Translations under genes and position numbers: made by a program
Part shown: positions 1 through 14,615 of the stretch, in pieces
Numbering within the stretch: position 1 is the stretch's first letter
How the letters are laid out: the number at the start of each line of letters is the position of its first letter
Notes under the pieces: generated by a model
What the model was told of the DNA's origin: nothing
Seen by the model: only the letters and a program-made list of their open reading frames with translations
The model's database searches: none
From: the human T2T-CHM13v2.0 reference genome, Homo sapiens
Length of the DNA: 64,000 bases
Assembly: GCF_009914755.1 (NCBI RefSeq)
Contig: NC_060935.1
Reading direction: 5' to 3' (one strand)

Positions 1-842
1 ATTGTTTACTCCTTCCTGCCCCTTCCTGCTGTAATGAGCTCTTCTGAAATAGATATAATGTCTTTCTTCCACATTTAAGAAATAGTTTATAAGTATTTTC
101 TAAATCCTGTTTTGATTCTTGTTTCATTTCATGGTTTATTGATTCATACTTCCCATCCCCACCCCACCCTGCACCCAGGTTCTTAATTCATCTTTCTTCT
201 CTCGTGCCTGACAAACATTTTCAATGGTTCCAGTCATTTATTCCCCTTTACTCATTCTTCCTTGAGTTTCTCATGATGATATGGCTGCTATTTCTGAAAC
301 CTTTGCTTCAGACTGTTTTATTCACATTTAAATAGGCCTTGAAATTGGAAGGTTCACAGGCTCTCACTCAGACTTCCTCCTGGAGGTCCAAAAACTTTAT
401 TTCTTGAGCACATCATGTCCTAAATAACACACACCTGTATTGGATTGGCCATTCAGAATTAGATGTTACATTAAATATTACTTTCCTTATATCTATCAAG
501 GTAAAGTCCCATTACCACTGAGAGAGGTAAGTTAATTTATTGATAACTTGCTTGCCATTTACTCCTGCTGGTTGGCAGTTTAAAGAGCACATGCTTCCTG
601 CATCTCATTTATGTAGCTTAAGTAGTCACCTGTTTTGAACTGATTTGAGAGGGAAGACTGGATTCATTGGCAAGTCATGGATCAATTATTATGTAAGCTC
701 TAATGCTAGCAGTCTCCTAGCAAAATGGATGTGATTAACATTTAAGCACGATGACAACCCATGCATTTTTCATTTACTATTTCCTTCAAACCTATTTGCC
801 AGTTCCTCTGCTGTGATTCCAAGAAATGCATACTTTAATAAT

Positions 843-1179
843 AAAGACTTAACTTTTCCTTTGTATGAAAATATTATAAACACCAAAAAGCCTTATGAAA
901 TTATAGGAGGGGGAATATCAAAGACCATTAACAACATTATGTATGGTCACCCAGGAATTTGCACACAAAATTCTGCCAAAGCTAGTGTCATTTATGTACT
1001 TAAGTTTTCCAAACAACGAGTTGAAAAATATACCCTCAAGAATTGTTTATGCCAAGAAGGGCCAACTATTTATAATCACAAGTGGAGTTTCTGCAAAGGT
1101 CTCTGCCAGCCACTACAGTCCTGGCATACATCCCTCCCAATCTGCAAAAACTCTACTGTTTGGGGTTGAAAGTGAAGCA
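843..1179 (+). repeat. Old local duplication, copy A (paralogous to about 6026..6339)
   Basis: Colinear similarity by eye. Core 999..1055 is nearly identical to 6162..6217. Confidence 0.85.
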
Positions 1180-2469
1180 TGAGTCCAAAGAAGTACTTGC
1201 AGCTTTTTCCTAGACTCAGTTGAATTCAGAGTGAAAGAACATAGAAGACGACAAAGGGTATAGGAAATCGCAGCATAGGCAGCCCTGCCTTATTTTTAGT
1301 GAAAAGGATTAGTACTGGTAGCCCTGCAGTAAAGCTGATCGCCTGTGATCAGGGAGTAGGATAGTTGTAATCCCTTTACTATACCACTGAGTTGATTGAT
1401 TAAATTGAAAGTTATGAGTCAAATGCCCCCAGAGCATCTTGGAACCTTCCTGAGTCTGTGCATATTCATATGGTCCTAATGACCTTCCACTGGAAGGAAA
1501 AAGTGTGTGCTGCCTGCAGGGAACACATGAAGAAAGGCTTAGGACGAAGCAAAACTTTTTCACAACCACCAGCAAGAGTTTAATTAAACTCTGTCTAACA
1601 TTATAAGCTTGCCTCAATTTAAGAGCAAAATGTACCAGGTTTTTCCTGCACATGGAGCCTCCCAGGGTCTTGCAGCTCAAGTGGAAAGAACAATGAAAAG
1701 CAGAAGGCTTTCATTTTACATCTGGCTCCTTGAAATGGGGCTAAGAGGCTTTCTGGAGGGTTTTGCTGGCTGGGACAGTTAGTGTTTACAGATGTGAGTG
1801 GCTTTCAGTCATTGAATGTAAATTGCATTTGCTTTGTTGCACACACCCTGGGAAAACCAAGAGGAAGAAGAGAAATAATGTTCCTTTATCCGCCCACACA
1901 CATTGACATTCAAGGCACAGTCTTTTCAGGTTTATTGGGTCCCTAAGCAACCTTTGAAGAGATCTGTACATCTGTCCGGCTGTCCCTACTCCAGCGGACA
2001 TGGATTCCTTTGCTTTGCTTTTCAAGTCTCTGGTTCCATCTTTGGTCCGTTGACTGAATTTTTTGGTAAACATTTCTTGCATTCAGACCTGAGTGGCCAC
2101 CCAGCTCCTGGGCTAATTCTGCTTCTCTCTTAAAATTTGATCTGTATTCTGAAGGCAAGATCCTCAGGAAAAAAAAAAAAAAAAAAATGAAAGAGGGCTA
2201 GCTTTTAATGTGGAAGCTAAAAGCCTAAGAAGTAAACTAAAATAGGAAGGTGGGAGAGAGAGCAAGTTCTTGCTGAAATACCAAATCCCCAAACCAGATC
2301 AGAGTAATGCGAGAGTGGAAAGGAAGCCTTTCTAAAGTGAGAGAAACTGTAATCTAGGTTTCTTTTGCACCTTGCAGCTCCCCAGAAAAGAGTAGCCAAT
2401 GGTCAGCACTCCGCTGAGAGGCAATACATATTGTATATAGTTTGAACAATAATGGACTATTGTGAGTCA

Positions 2470-2805
2470 GATCCATCTAGGAGTGTTGAATCTGAGACTT
2501 ACTAGAGGGCCTTATGGAAGCTACTTAACGTGTCTGTGCCTCAGTTTTCTCATCTGTAAAGCAGGGATAATCAAATCACCTATCTCATGAAGCAGTTTTA
2601 AAGACGACCTAGGTTCAAAGCTAATCTCCACCATTTACTAGCTGTAGCACCTTGCAAAAGACACTGACTTACACTGACCTCCAGTCTCCTCAGTAAAATC
2701 ACAGTCTACATCACTGTATTGTTGTAGAGTTGGATGAGTTAATATTCTTAGAATAGGCTTGGAATATGATGAAAGCTCACAAAGTGTTCGTCATTATTAT
2801 TTTAA
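2470..2805 (+). mobile_element. Two adjacent MIR SINE fragments
   Basis: MIR core ctgtgcctcagttttctcatctgtaaa and 3' gttcgtcattattatt. Confidence 0.6.
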
Positions 2806-4964
2806 AATGAGACGATGTATAAATGGTTCTTAGCTCAGAACAAGACCAACAGCAAGGACTGTGTTAGCTATGGCTATAATGTGCTTATTTCTAGCCTTGT
2901 CCTGCTACCCACCCAAATTCTCAACCTCTAAATAAGGATTTAGCTCTGATCTCATGCTGATATCTTGGATAAGTCTTCTCATCTGATTGGCTTCCATCAC
3001 CTGATGAGAGTTTGCTGAGATTCCAACCTGACTCCTGAATTTCTTCCATGTACCAAGTGGAGAGAGGGCCAAGTTCCAGGTATATTTTGTCATCCCTAAC
3101 TTCACAAATATCACTGGAAGTAAAGGGCCCCAAGTTTACACTTGACAGACCATTTATAAAAGATTTTATACTACAAGGCCTAACCAGCAATGAGGAAATA
3201 GAGTTTTCATTTGTGACTTTTTCCCCTATCAGAAAGGAATTTAATAACAAATAAAATATATCCATTTCAGCAGCCAACCAGACAAACACATGGAACTAAT
3301 CAGCTAATTTTAAGTTAGTATTTGATGACCTTTTTTTTTTTTGTAAATAAGAAAAGAGAAGTCAGTGGAGTTTGGAATTTATGTGTTCTGTGATTTCTGT
3401 TGGCCAAGGTCAGTTTTACTTGATTTCTCTTCCCCTCTTTGCCTACCACCCAACCCCCAGGAGCACATAAGCAATTATTAGGTGGGATCTGTCTCTATGT
3501 ATCCTAGGGGCTGAGCAACAAGCAGTTAGAGAGGAATCAAAGCTGGGAGAAGGTAAGGAAACCATTTAATTGTTGAGCTGAGTCCTGGGCAGCTCCTTCT
3601 CTTTCTGCCTAGTCCAGTCTTACATGGTCTTCGTATTTCAGCCTAAACCATCACTTCTTTAAGGAAGCTCTCCCTGATTCCCCACACTGGACTGGTTCTA
3701 GTTCTTAAACACTCTTTACAACTCTTTGTGCCCTTCCAGCTATCTATTGTTCTGTTTATCATTCTGCACTTGAACTCCTGGTCTCAGTCAATCCTCCCAC
3801 CTCAGTCTCCTAAGAAGCCGGGACTACAGGTTCATACCACGATAAATAGAGCAACAAGCTCTATTTATTGTTTAGTACAGCTGCTTCAGGTTTCCCTAGG
3901 GTTATGTTCTTCAGGATATTCCATATAATTTAAAGCTTACAGAAATAAGATTAATACTGAAAAAGGATTAAGACTAAATTTTTAAACCAGCTGTAAAGTG
4001 GTACAGCTGTGCACCAATAACATAAACACAGCTTAAAATTCATTCAGTCACCAGCTTTGAAACTACGGTTCTTGCAATTTTTTAATTTGGGGAAAGAGAA
4101 TTTGCATTGTTTTGCACATTTTGTGCACAGAGTGGCTTTACTAATATTTTTAAATATTTTTATATGTCTTTATTAATATTTTTATGTTTCTATGCCTTAT
4201 GACATGTCCATATAGGTCCAAATCAGACTGCTCTGTAATTATTTGTTTAATTAAATTAACTGGCTCCCCCAATAAAGGATAAGTTCCAGGAACTGTAACT
4301 ACCCTTTGTTCATTTCATTCCACCCAGTGCCTAGCAAAATGGTATGTGGTAGACACTCAAGAAACCTGGAAGGGATTTAGAAGGGTAGAAACTGACACCT
4401 TCTGAGAATAAAGGAGGAAAACTTTTTTCTTCTCTGTGGGCAGGAAGGACAGCATGTTTTCCATCTCAAAGACAGGAAAGAGTTATCTCTTCCTCTGGGA
4501 TCCATCAGCATCCTGCCTACTCCTGCGTCACAGCACAGATCCTAACTGGCAAAATTATTAATCTCTCTTCCACTGAAATAGATACATCAGACAGATTCCT
4601 TTCTGACTGAAACTGTTCTGCTGTGAAAGACTAACAACAAAGCAGATGCTCCTTCATGCCTGGCCAGTTCTATCAGTTATCCTACTGGCCATCCAGGGTA
4701 GGAAGAAGACTAAAGCCTTCTAACACCTGACATCTCCCAATCCAGGAGAGAATAAGAGGAAATTCCCAGTTACTGAGAAGTGAATTGCAGCTCCCCTTTT
4801 TGAGGATCTAATACCATCAGCCACCCCATCTCCTTATGGGCCCAGAAACCCATGATCTCTTATTTTATCTCTTCCTTTATAAGAATTATTGAGTAATTGC
4901 TATGCTGCCTATACTGTGTCAGTTGCACATCAATTAAACAATTGCCTAATTGGACTATACATTC

Positions 4965-5465
4965 TCTACCCTACTCCTGGTACCAAAATCTGTGTTAGAG
5001 TTCTCCAGTGGGACAAAACCAATAAGATATATGTATATAAAAGGGAGTTTATTGGGGAGAATTAGCTCACACAATTACAAGATGAAGTCCTATGATAAGC
5101 TAGCTGCCTGCAAGCTGGGAAAAGAGAGAAGCTGGTAGCCTGGCCCAGTTCAAGTCTAAAAGCCTCAAAACCAGGAAATCTGATAGTGCAGCCCTCATTC
5201 TGAGGTCAAAGGCCCAAGGGCTCCTGGAAGGCCACTGGTGCAAGTTGCAGAGCCCAAAGGCTGAAGAACCTGAGGTCTAATGTCCAAAGGCAGGAGGAGA
5301 GGACGAGTCTTCCTCTCCCAGTCCACTGGCTCAAATCCAGTCCACTGGCTCAAATGTCAGTTTCCTCTGGCAACACCCTCACAGACACATCCAGAAACAA
5401 TATTTTATCAGCCATCTAGGCATTCTTCAATCCAGTCAAGTTGACGTCTAATATTCACTGTCACA
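4965..5465 (-). mobile_element. MLT2 (ERVL) LTR with a short stub of internal sequence
   Basis: Termini tgtgttagagttctcc...ccagtcaagttgac...tcaca, preceded by ctcctggtaccaaaatc (ERVL internal junction). Confidence 0.8.
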
Positions 5466-6025
5466 CCTGCCCTAGGCTATTGTTTCCCTGAGGGCAGAGA
5501 CTATGTTTTGTTCATGACTGCATCACTATCTCCCAGCCTATGCAAAACAAAATAGACAACTAGAAGTATCAAATGAATGACAGATAACAGAATGGATAGA
5601 TGAACTGGGATTCTGGGGTTCACTCCATCTCTTGTAGTAATATCAAGGAAATGTCATAAAAGACAGAATCTAAACCTTCTTTAAAATCTATATTAGTTAA
5701 ATGCATTATGCTTCCTTTAATCTATAAGGGCTGCAAAAATCTCTCATATTACCCTCAACCCTTGGGCAGCAATCATTAGTATCTTCAAGATACCACATAT
5801 ATTAGAAATAACACGGGACAAACTCTCTATATGATGAACACATCCTTTTCCTTACCTTTCATTTTCTGTGTCATCTTTGCTTTTTCCCTGCATTCTATGA
5901 TTTTATGGCAGACTCTCAAGAAAGGCATTAGAGTTGGTTGGGACTGTTACTATATCCCCAGCTCCAGCACCATATCTGATATAGAGTTAGTGCTGAATAC
6001 ATGTTACTCAACGAACTTGCTGCAA

Positions 6026-6339
6026 GAAGTCTTCACTTTTAAGAGAATATTTCAATTACTTAAAACGATCATAGAAGGGAGGAATATGTACGTACTAACA
6101 ATCTAATAAGGTTACTCAGAATTGTATACACAAAACTGCTGAAGCTAACAGCATTTATATGCTTAAGTTTTCCAAACAATGAGTTGAAAATATACCCTGA
6201 AGAATTGTTTATGCCAAATAAGGCTGACTATTCATGATCATGACTGGAATTGCTGCATGTTTTGTGCCAGCCACTTCATTCCTGCCAAACATCCTCCCAA
6301 TTTGCAAGGATTCTTGGGTTTCATTTTGAAAATAAAGCA
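6026..6339 (+). repeat. Old local duplication, copy B (paralogous to about 843..1179)
   Basis: Shared core cttaagttttccaaacaaYgagttgaaaa(a)tataccctSaagaattgtttatgccaa, with more diverged flanks. Confidence 0.85.
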
Positions 6340-6959
6340 GTAAAATGCTTCTTAAGCTCAACTTATGTGGGGTCTTATTCTTCATTAGTACTTACTTAAG
6401 CTATACTGATTAGAGTAACATCTTAACTCTTTTGAAATGCTTATTTTGATTGACAAAGTGACATGGAATTTCTAAAGTGACAAATTGACCAAGGAGCACA
6501 GAAACAAGTCAATAGAATTGTGATGTTAGCTTGAGTTCTGAACACTCAACACTTGGAAAGAACCTCATACCACCTTTTGTGCCAGAGACACCGAGAACCT
6601 GAAAGGCTGTCAGTCAGATATTTCTATTAGCTGAAGCAAGAAAACTTCCTCATCCTGGTGGCTCCTAGGCCAAAATTTGCAGGGGAAAAAAAAAAAAAGG
6701 AAAAAGAAAAAAGCTGGCAGACCAAAGCCTTACATTGACCAAGGTCTTAAACACAGCAACTAGAGATTATATGCTTGGAAAATAATTTATAACAAACAGC
6801 GCAAAAGCACTCCTGATAAGTGAGCCTGCTGAAGACCCTTCAGACTCAGTCCAGACCTAGGTTCTAAACCAGTGAGTCTCCTTATTTGGAAGAACTGCAC
6901 AAGAGTTTAGCAACCCAGCATTGTACCAATTCTAACAAGACCATTACATCTAAAGCTTT

Positions 6960-7197
6960 ATTAAGCATGTAGACTCTGCAGTCAGAATAAATCCTGCCTC
7001 CACCACTTATTACCTGCAAGAGGCTAGGCAAGACATTTAACTCCTCTGTGCCTTGGTTTTCTCATATATTAAATGGGGATAATAATAATACTAACTTCAT
7101 AGGACTAATGTGAGGATGAAGTTAATTAATTTATGTAAAGCGCTCAGAAGAGCGCCTAGCATATATTCAGTGTTATATACTTGGCAGCTATTATTAT
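6960..7197 (+). mobile_element. MIR SINE
   Basis: ctctgtgccttggttttctcatatattaaatggggataataataata...agctattatta. Confidence 0.8.
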
Positions 7198-8027
7198 GAC
7201 CCTTTTTCATGATCTATTTCTTGCCTTGGACCCCAGTTCTCATAACTGGGTCTTAATTTTCATGCATGTGTCAATTCCATAGATAGTTAAGGACTGCCTG
7301 CTATCCAGCTGACTCTGTCCTTTATAAAATGGCCTTTTTCCCCAGCAAGACCCATATAGGAGCCCTGGCTTTGCCCTTCCAGGGATGAAGTCCCTTCCTT
7401 GCTCCTTCTAATTCTTCCAAGCACTAGAATTCTGCCTTTTATTGCTGCCAGACCTGCCTGATGCCCAGTGTCTCTATCACCATCTGCTCCTAATCCCTGA
7501 TCTCGCCTAACACCAGGGGCTTTCTGGCCTGCCTGCTCATCCCAATACCGATCTTTCTGTCTAGTCTTTAACCTCAGCTGCCTGGTCTGGTCTTGATTCT
7601 GACAGCACCCTTGAAATTTGTTCAAGCAATGAATAAGTTATTCAAATCCTTTATTTCCCTCCAAGGGAGAACTAGGAAGCCAGACCTTATAAAGCCAAAG
7701 GAATTCCTGTTGCCCCCTTACTGCAATAATTTAATCTCTAAGAAACTCAAAAAAGCACTAAGGAAATAACCCTCTAATCATAAACAATCCCTCTCCATCA
7801 AGAGAAAACAGACCTCTCCTGCCTGGAATTGCTTAAACAGGAGTCTTCCATTTCACCAGAGCTCCAGGGACAAACCAGCCACCAGCTACCACAATGGGCT
7901 GCAAGTTTCAGAAACTTGCAAAGGGGAATTTTTCATCCTGATTATTGCCTTTGCAGTGTTCTCAGCTGCCAGCATGTGATGGAGGGCGTGGGTATGAGCC
8001 TGCTTTTGTGTTCTTAAATAAGGCTAA

Positions 8028-8468
<441 letters not shown>

Positions 8469-8845
8469 AAATTTTTATTTAAATGTTTCTGCATACAGAG
8501 TGGGTTTATATGTGTATAGGGTACATGAGATGTTTTGATACAGGCATGCAATGTGAAATAAACACATCATGGGTAATGGTGTACCCATCCCCTCAAGCAT
8601 TTATCCTTTGAGTTACAAACAATCCAATTACACTTTTTAAGTTATTAAATATTTTTAAATATACAATTATTGACCATAGTCACCCTATTGTGCTATTAAA
8701 TACTAGGTCTTATTCATTCTTTCTAATTTTTTTGTACCCACTAACCATCCCCACTTCCCTTCTGTCCCCCTACTAGCCTTCCCAGCCTCTGGTAACCATC
8801 CTTCAACTCTATGTCTATGAGTTCAAGTGTTTTGATTTTTAGTCC
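8469..8845 (-). mobile_element. L1MA-type 3' end fragment
   Basis: gggtacatgagatgttttgatacaggcatgcaatgtgaaataa...ccctcaagcatttatcctttgagttacaaacaatccaatta. Confidence 0.8.
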
Positions 8846-9834
8846 TTTTGTACTTTAAAAAATATTGGAGGGAAGCTAATAATCAAGGCAAAACAAATAA
8901 AGTTCTGATGCTGCCAAAGCAGAAGGGACTTTCCCAAGGTCACAGAGTTCAAAAGGAGCAGATCCAGGATTTAATTACATCACCCTGTGTAATACAGATT
9001 GTTTGACACATCTCACTCAGTTCACTGGAACTTGGCCTGTTCCAGCTTAATCTCATGCCCTCTGCAAATCATACTCTTGGCTCCACATCCGTCCAGGTTC
9101 CTAGAGAGCAGCCTCTCATTCTGATCTCCAGGCCTTTGCACAGGCTGTTTCCTGTGATTGCCACCCTCCATCCAGCCTCTATTTCTTCACTTGACTGTTT
9201 GCTTGCCACCCTTTCATTCTCTGCATTAACCCCACTGCCTCAGAAAGCCGTTTCCAATTCCCCAGTCTGTATTGGCGGCCCTCCTCTTTTCTGCTCTGTG
9301 GCTATCCTATCACGGCACTTTCCACACTGCACTGTAATTGCCTGTCCTCACGTTTAATCCCCTAATATGCTGAGAGACCCTCAAGGGCAGGACCCTTGTC
9401 TGGTTTCTCTCTGAATCCCCAGGACCATATGTAGGATTTAGAGCACAAACGTGACAGTGAATTTTTGTTAAAGTAAGGTGGACCAAACTCTCTCTTTACC
9501 AAGCTGCCTCCCTGACAGGTCAAATCCCAGACTAAAAATAGTAGCTTTGCAACTCCTGGCTAATGGCTCCAGGCAGGCACTTCTGTCCCAGAGCACCTGA
9601 CCTCTGATCTGTAAAATGTTCTGGGGTAACATGTGTCCTCCCACCTTTGCCTCTTACAGGCTCACTGATCATCACTGTCATTTCCCTGATACCACCCCCA
9701 TTATGGGAGAAGGAAACTTTCAGTTTTCATCCAATGCAGCTCAAGCATAGGGTAGGCCAGAGTGAGCCTGGAGAGACAAGACAAGAAAAGTAACTCTGCT
9801 TCTGCCGTCACTCAGTTAGTTTTTCTTTATTAAA

Positions 9835-12195
9835 AGGGAACTTTTTATTGAAGCATAACATATACACAGAAAAGTGGGTAAATTGTAAGTCTATAGCTCA
9901 AAGCTTCACATTCATGTGAACACGTTCATTTCACCAGCACAAAACTCTTAAAATGACTAGGACTCCAGAAGCCTCCGTTTTGTCCCCATCCAGTCACTAC
10001 TACATCTTGACTTCTATCATAGATTAATTTGGCCTGTTTTAAAACATTTTATAAAAGGAATTTTACAATATGTACTCTTTTGTATCTGGCTTCTTTTGTT
10101 TATAGTATATAGTTAACTTTATAGTTGGTGAGATTCATCCATGTGGTTGCATATCATTTTGGTATATGTTCTTTCTCATAGCTGTATAATATTCCATTGC
10201 ATGAATCTACCGCTTTTCATTTATCTATCCTATTATGGATGAACATTTGGGTAGTTTCCAGTTTGGGGCTGTAATGAACAGTGCTGCTATATGCTATATC
10301 CATTCATGTATATGTCTTTTGATAAATATACATTTGCCTTTCTGTTGGTTAGATACTAGATGTGGAATTGCTGGGTTGTAATGTAAGTGGCTTAGCTTTA
10401 ATAAATACAGCTAAACAATTTTCCACACCAAAAGAGATCTAATTAATCTACATCCTTGCCCATACTTGATATTGTTGATATGGTTTTGTTTTGTTTTGTT
10501 TTTCCACTTTAACTACTGGATGTAGTAGTGATATCACGTTGGGATTTTGATTTGTACTTTTTTGAATTTTGCCTAGTGTGTTGTCATTGACCATTTGGAT
10601 AACCTGAAGTATTTGTTCAGATGTTTTGATCGTTTTTCTTTTTCTATTATATTCTCTGCCATTTTCTTATTGACTTGTAGTAATTCTTTATATAGTCTAG
10701 ATAAAAGTCCTTTGTCAATTATATGTATTGCAGACATCTTCTCCCATTCTATGGCTTGCCTTTTTACTTTTCTAATCTTTTGGTAAATAGAGGATTTAAT
10801 TTAAATGTGGTCCACATTATCTTTTTTTTGTTCATGATTAGCACCTTTTTTGCTCCATTTAAGAAGTTTTTGCCTACCTCAAAGTCGTGAAGATGTTCTC
10901 TTGTATTTCCTTCCAAAAGCTTCATAGTTTTTATCTTTCATATCTAGATATTGAACTGATCTGTAATTGAATTTGTGTATGGTGTGAGGTAGGAGTCAAT
11001 AGTCTTTCTGAATTTTTTTTTACAGGACTATTGATTGAAGTGTCCATCTTTTTCCCACTTCATTACAGCATTACTTTTGTCATACATCAAGTGACTGTAC
11101 ATCTGTGGGTCTGTTTCAGGACTCTTCTGTTCTTCTGTTCCATTGCTGTATTTGTCTGCCCTGCAAATAATACACTGTCTTTATTATGGTTCCTTTACAA
11201 AAAGCTTTGATATCTGGGAGTGTTCTCTGATTTTTTTTCTTCTTCAAGATTATTTGGCTATTCTTGGTCATTTGCATTTCTGCATAAATGTTAGAATCAT
11301 GATCGATTTATATTTTTAAAAAACCTGTTATTGAGACTGTTTTTGAACTCATAGAAAAACGTGGGGAGATTTGACAACTTTACATTATTAAATCTTTCAA
11401 TCAATGACCATATTATTCCATTTATTTAGTTTTACTCTAAGTTCTCTCAATAATGTTTTATAGCTTTCTGTGGATAAGAAGTCTTGTTCACTTTTTCATG
11501 AGATTTATTCCTGGGTATTATATGTTTTATGCTATTGTGAATAATAACTTTTTAAAATTTCATTTTCCAGTTGTTTGTCACTGGTATATAGGAATAAAAT
11601 TGACTTTTGTATTTTGAATTAATTTTCAGAGACTTTGCTAAATTCACTTATTGCTTCTATTACTTTGTATATAGATTATTTTGGAATTTACGTACACAAT
11701 AAGTTATGCCAATAATTCCCTTCTAATCTTTATAGCTTCTCTTTTTCCTTCTTGCCTTATTGCACTGGCTATTACCTCTACGATGTTAAATAGAAGTGGC
11801 AATAATGGACATTCTTGACTTGTTCCCAATCTCATGGGGAAAGCTTTTAATATCCATCATTAAGTAAGATTATTGCTATGGCTTTTTTGTAAATATTTTT
11901 ATCACATTAAGAAAGTTTCCTTCTATTATTAGTTTGCTGATATGTTTTCTTATGTGAATGTATATCAAATATAATCAGATACTTTTTCTGTGTTCTATGA
12001 ACATATTCATGTAATTTTTTCTGTTAATGTGATGAATTGTATTGATTAAATTTTGAATGTTAGACTACCCTTGTATTCTTGGAATAAACCCTACATTGTT
12101 ATTATATAGCATACTTTTTCTAATTTACTGGATATAGAGTTTGCTAATATTTTGGGGTTGCTACATCTATGGTCATGAAAGAGATTGGGCTTCCA
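9835..12195 (-). mobile_element. Old L1M (L1MB/ME-like) fragment, 3'UTR plus decayed ORF2
   Basis: Antisense L1 motifs such as gaacatttgggtagtttccagtttggggct, ggaattgctggg and ggaataaaccc. Confidence 0.8.
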
Positions 12196-13750
12196 TCTTA
12201 ACTTTTACCTCAATTTTGAGATGGATTTTTTTCTACCTGGGCTGACCCCTCTTTTGTCCTATATATAGACTTAGTTAAATAGACTTTGCTTCTATTATTA
12301 GCTTAACAAACTTCACCCAGATCCTCTAGTTTATTTCTTATTGACAGAACAAAAGCTTTCTCAACGACAAACTAGTCATGAGCCAAGTCATGGTCCAACC
12401 ACTCCCTGGCAGTGTGTCCACTGTCACATTATAGATCCTCCCTGAGCCTGTTTCCTTATCAATGAAATAGCATTGAAAAAGAAGTTAGACAATGCATAAT
12501 AAAGCACCTGGTACAGGCAGGTGCTCAGTAATTCCCATTTCTCACTACCTCTTCTCTTCTGCTTAAAAACTTTTCAAATACAGAAGAGCATTGGCTTACT
12601 TATTTACAGGGCTTAGCCATCAGAGTTAAGATTGAAATCTGAAAAAATGAACTAATGGGGGTGGGAGATGTCCATTCTTTTTGTTATACTCTAAAAAACA
12701 AAGCAAAGTTGTTTACTGCTCCTGCTAAGCTTCTTTAAATACAAGCTCCTAGATTTTTAAAATTAGATAAACATTGCTAGAATTTATCATCTGTAGTGCT
12801 ACAGTTCCTTCCCTGGGGCTTCAAACTCAAGTGTTAGTGGAGTATTACACATTTGGAAGTTGTCCAGGAATATAGCCTCTCTCCCACATTTAACAATGTT
12901 TATGTGTAAAAGTCAGCTTGGAAGGACACCTTTAAATAATGCTCTTTCTGGATATATAATTGCAGTGTTACTTGTCAGTGCATAATAAACCATCAACCAG
13001 CCTTTATTGTACCAGTGGGAATGAGAGTTTGAGGGTGCCCTGAAATTATGTTCTTTGTGTCTGAGATGAGAATTAGGTTAGTAGCTAGGCTTTATTTATA
13101 GATATCCAAATAAATCAGGAGTCAGAAGTTCAGAAAGACTGGGCTGGGAAGGCTGAGTCCAAAGAAGGCTGAAGTCTATGAACACCAAGAGTCAATACCC
13201 CTAATGCTATCAAGGACACTGGATAGGTCCCATCCTACTTCTCCCCATTATCTCCACCCCAAGAACTAATCCCGGTGACAGGCATGAGTGACATCAGAAT
13301 GACCTTCTGACTAAATCTGAACTTGGCTCAAGCTGTGGATCCCCAGTGGAGTAGAAAGGGCAAGGCCTTAAGGTTGGCAGATCAATGGCAAATCTCAGCC
13401 CTGCCACCTACTTGCAACTCAGTTCTCTCACCATAACATGGGGATGGTAACTGACCTACCTAGCAAGACAACTGTGAGAATGGAAGGGTATTAGCTGATA
13501 CCTGTGAAGGACATGATGCAGGGAACATGCTCAATAATAAATGGCAGTGATTGTGATGATAGTGATACTGATGAGGATGAGACAATGACAATGAAGACAA
13601 CATCTCTAGCTTTGAATAAAGGGGTGGTAGAGGATTACCTATATTATGCTTATGGAAACAGGAGGAGCATCCCTAACTGCCTTTTTTCTAATCCCCACAA
13701 TTATTTTATGGATCTCTGGGCCCAGACACATGATCTTAGTTGGACAAGCC

Positions 13751-14228
13751 ATGTCTCAATTTGTGTTCTCCTAAAAGCAGGATCTGAGGCAAGGACTGCA
13801 GGTACTTCGTGTAGAAGGTGATAGAGGAAGCAGAAGTGAAGGAATAGGGAGAGAGTGACAAGGGAGGAGGAAGGGTCAAGGTAAGAGTGCATTATTCAGG
13901 TCACTGGCATCAGCGTACCTCTGAGAGGTGTATAGAATGAGTCCAGAATTGTCCACTTTCCAGAATTTTCTACTAGCACCCACCCCCTATTGACCAAGGG
14001 TTGTCTGCAGTAGTGTGAACTTCCCCACACTCCCAGGCACTTGCTTGCTGGCTAAATTGACTCTCAAAGCTTCAGAGAAGGCCATGAGTCAGTCAACAGG
14101 AAGAGGCCCTTGAGGTAGACACTCACTGATAGCATTAGCAAGTGCTCACTGCTGCCTGCCATAGTTGTGGCTGAAATTGGAGGTGGATGGAGAGTCTGTG
14201 ATACAGGGCACCAAATGTAGCTGCTGCA
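13751..14228. mobile_element. ERVL LTR (LTR16/LTR33-like)
   Basis: Starts tgtctcaatttgtgttctcctaaaagcaggatctgaggcaaggact, typical of this LTR group. Confidence 0.5.
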
Positions 14229-14413
14229 GGCCAAGTCTTAGTTCAAGTGCAGACTCCTCCTGCAAGCTGTCTACTTGCCACATGTGATACACAATTGTGA
14301 GAGTCCCCCGTCGTCAGTAGAGTCTTTCCTCTCCCATCCCCTTGTGACAGAAAGGACTACCTGCACAGTTGGTTCTTATATTTAGCAGTACACAAACGTA
14401 CACCAAATTCTAG

Positions 14414-14615
14414 AGCTGTACTGTCCAGTACAGTAGCCACTCGATACACTTAAATTGATTAGTTTATTTAAATTAAATAAAATTTAAAATTTATCTCCTC
14501 AGTCACACTGGCCACATTTAAGTGCTCAGTGGCCACATATGAGAAGTGGCTACCATATTGGACAGTGAAGTATAGTATACTTCCAACTTCTTGGAAAGTT
14601 AAACTGGACAGTGCC
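14414..14615. mobile_element. MER3/MER33-like hAT-Charlie DNA transposon
   Basis: ctgtccagtacagtagccac...cagtcacactggccacatttaagtgctc...ggctaccatattggacagtg. Confidence 0.75.

Noticed and set aside
5319-5356. 19-bp tandem duplication ccagtccactggctcaaat
   Set aside because: Ordinary micro-duplication within an MLT2 LTR.
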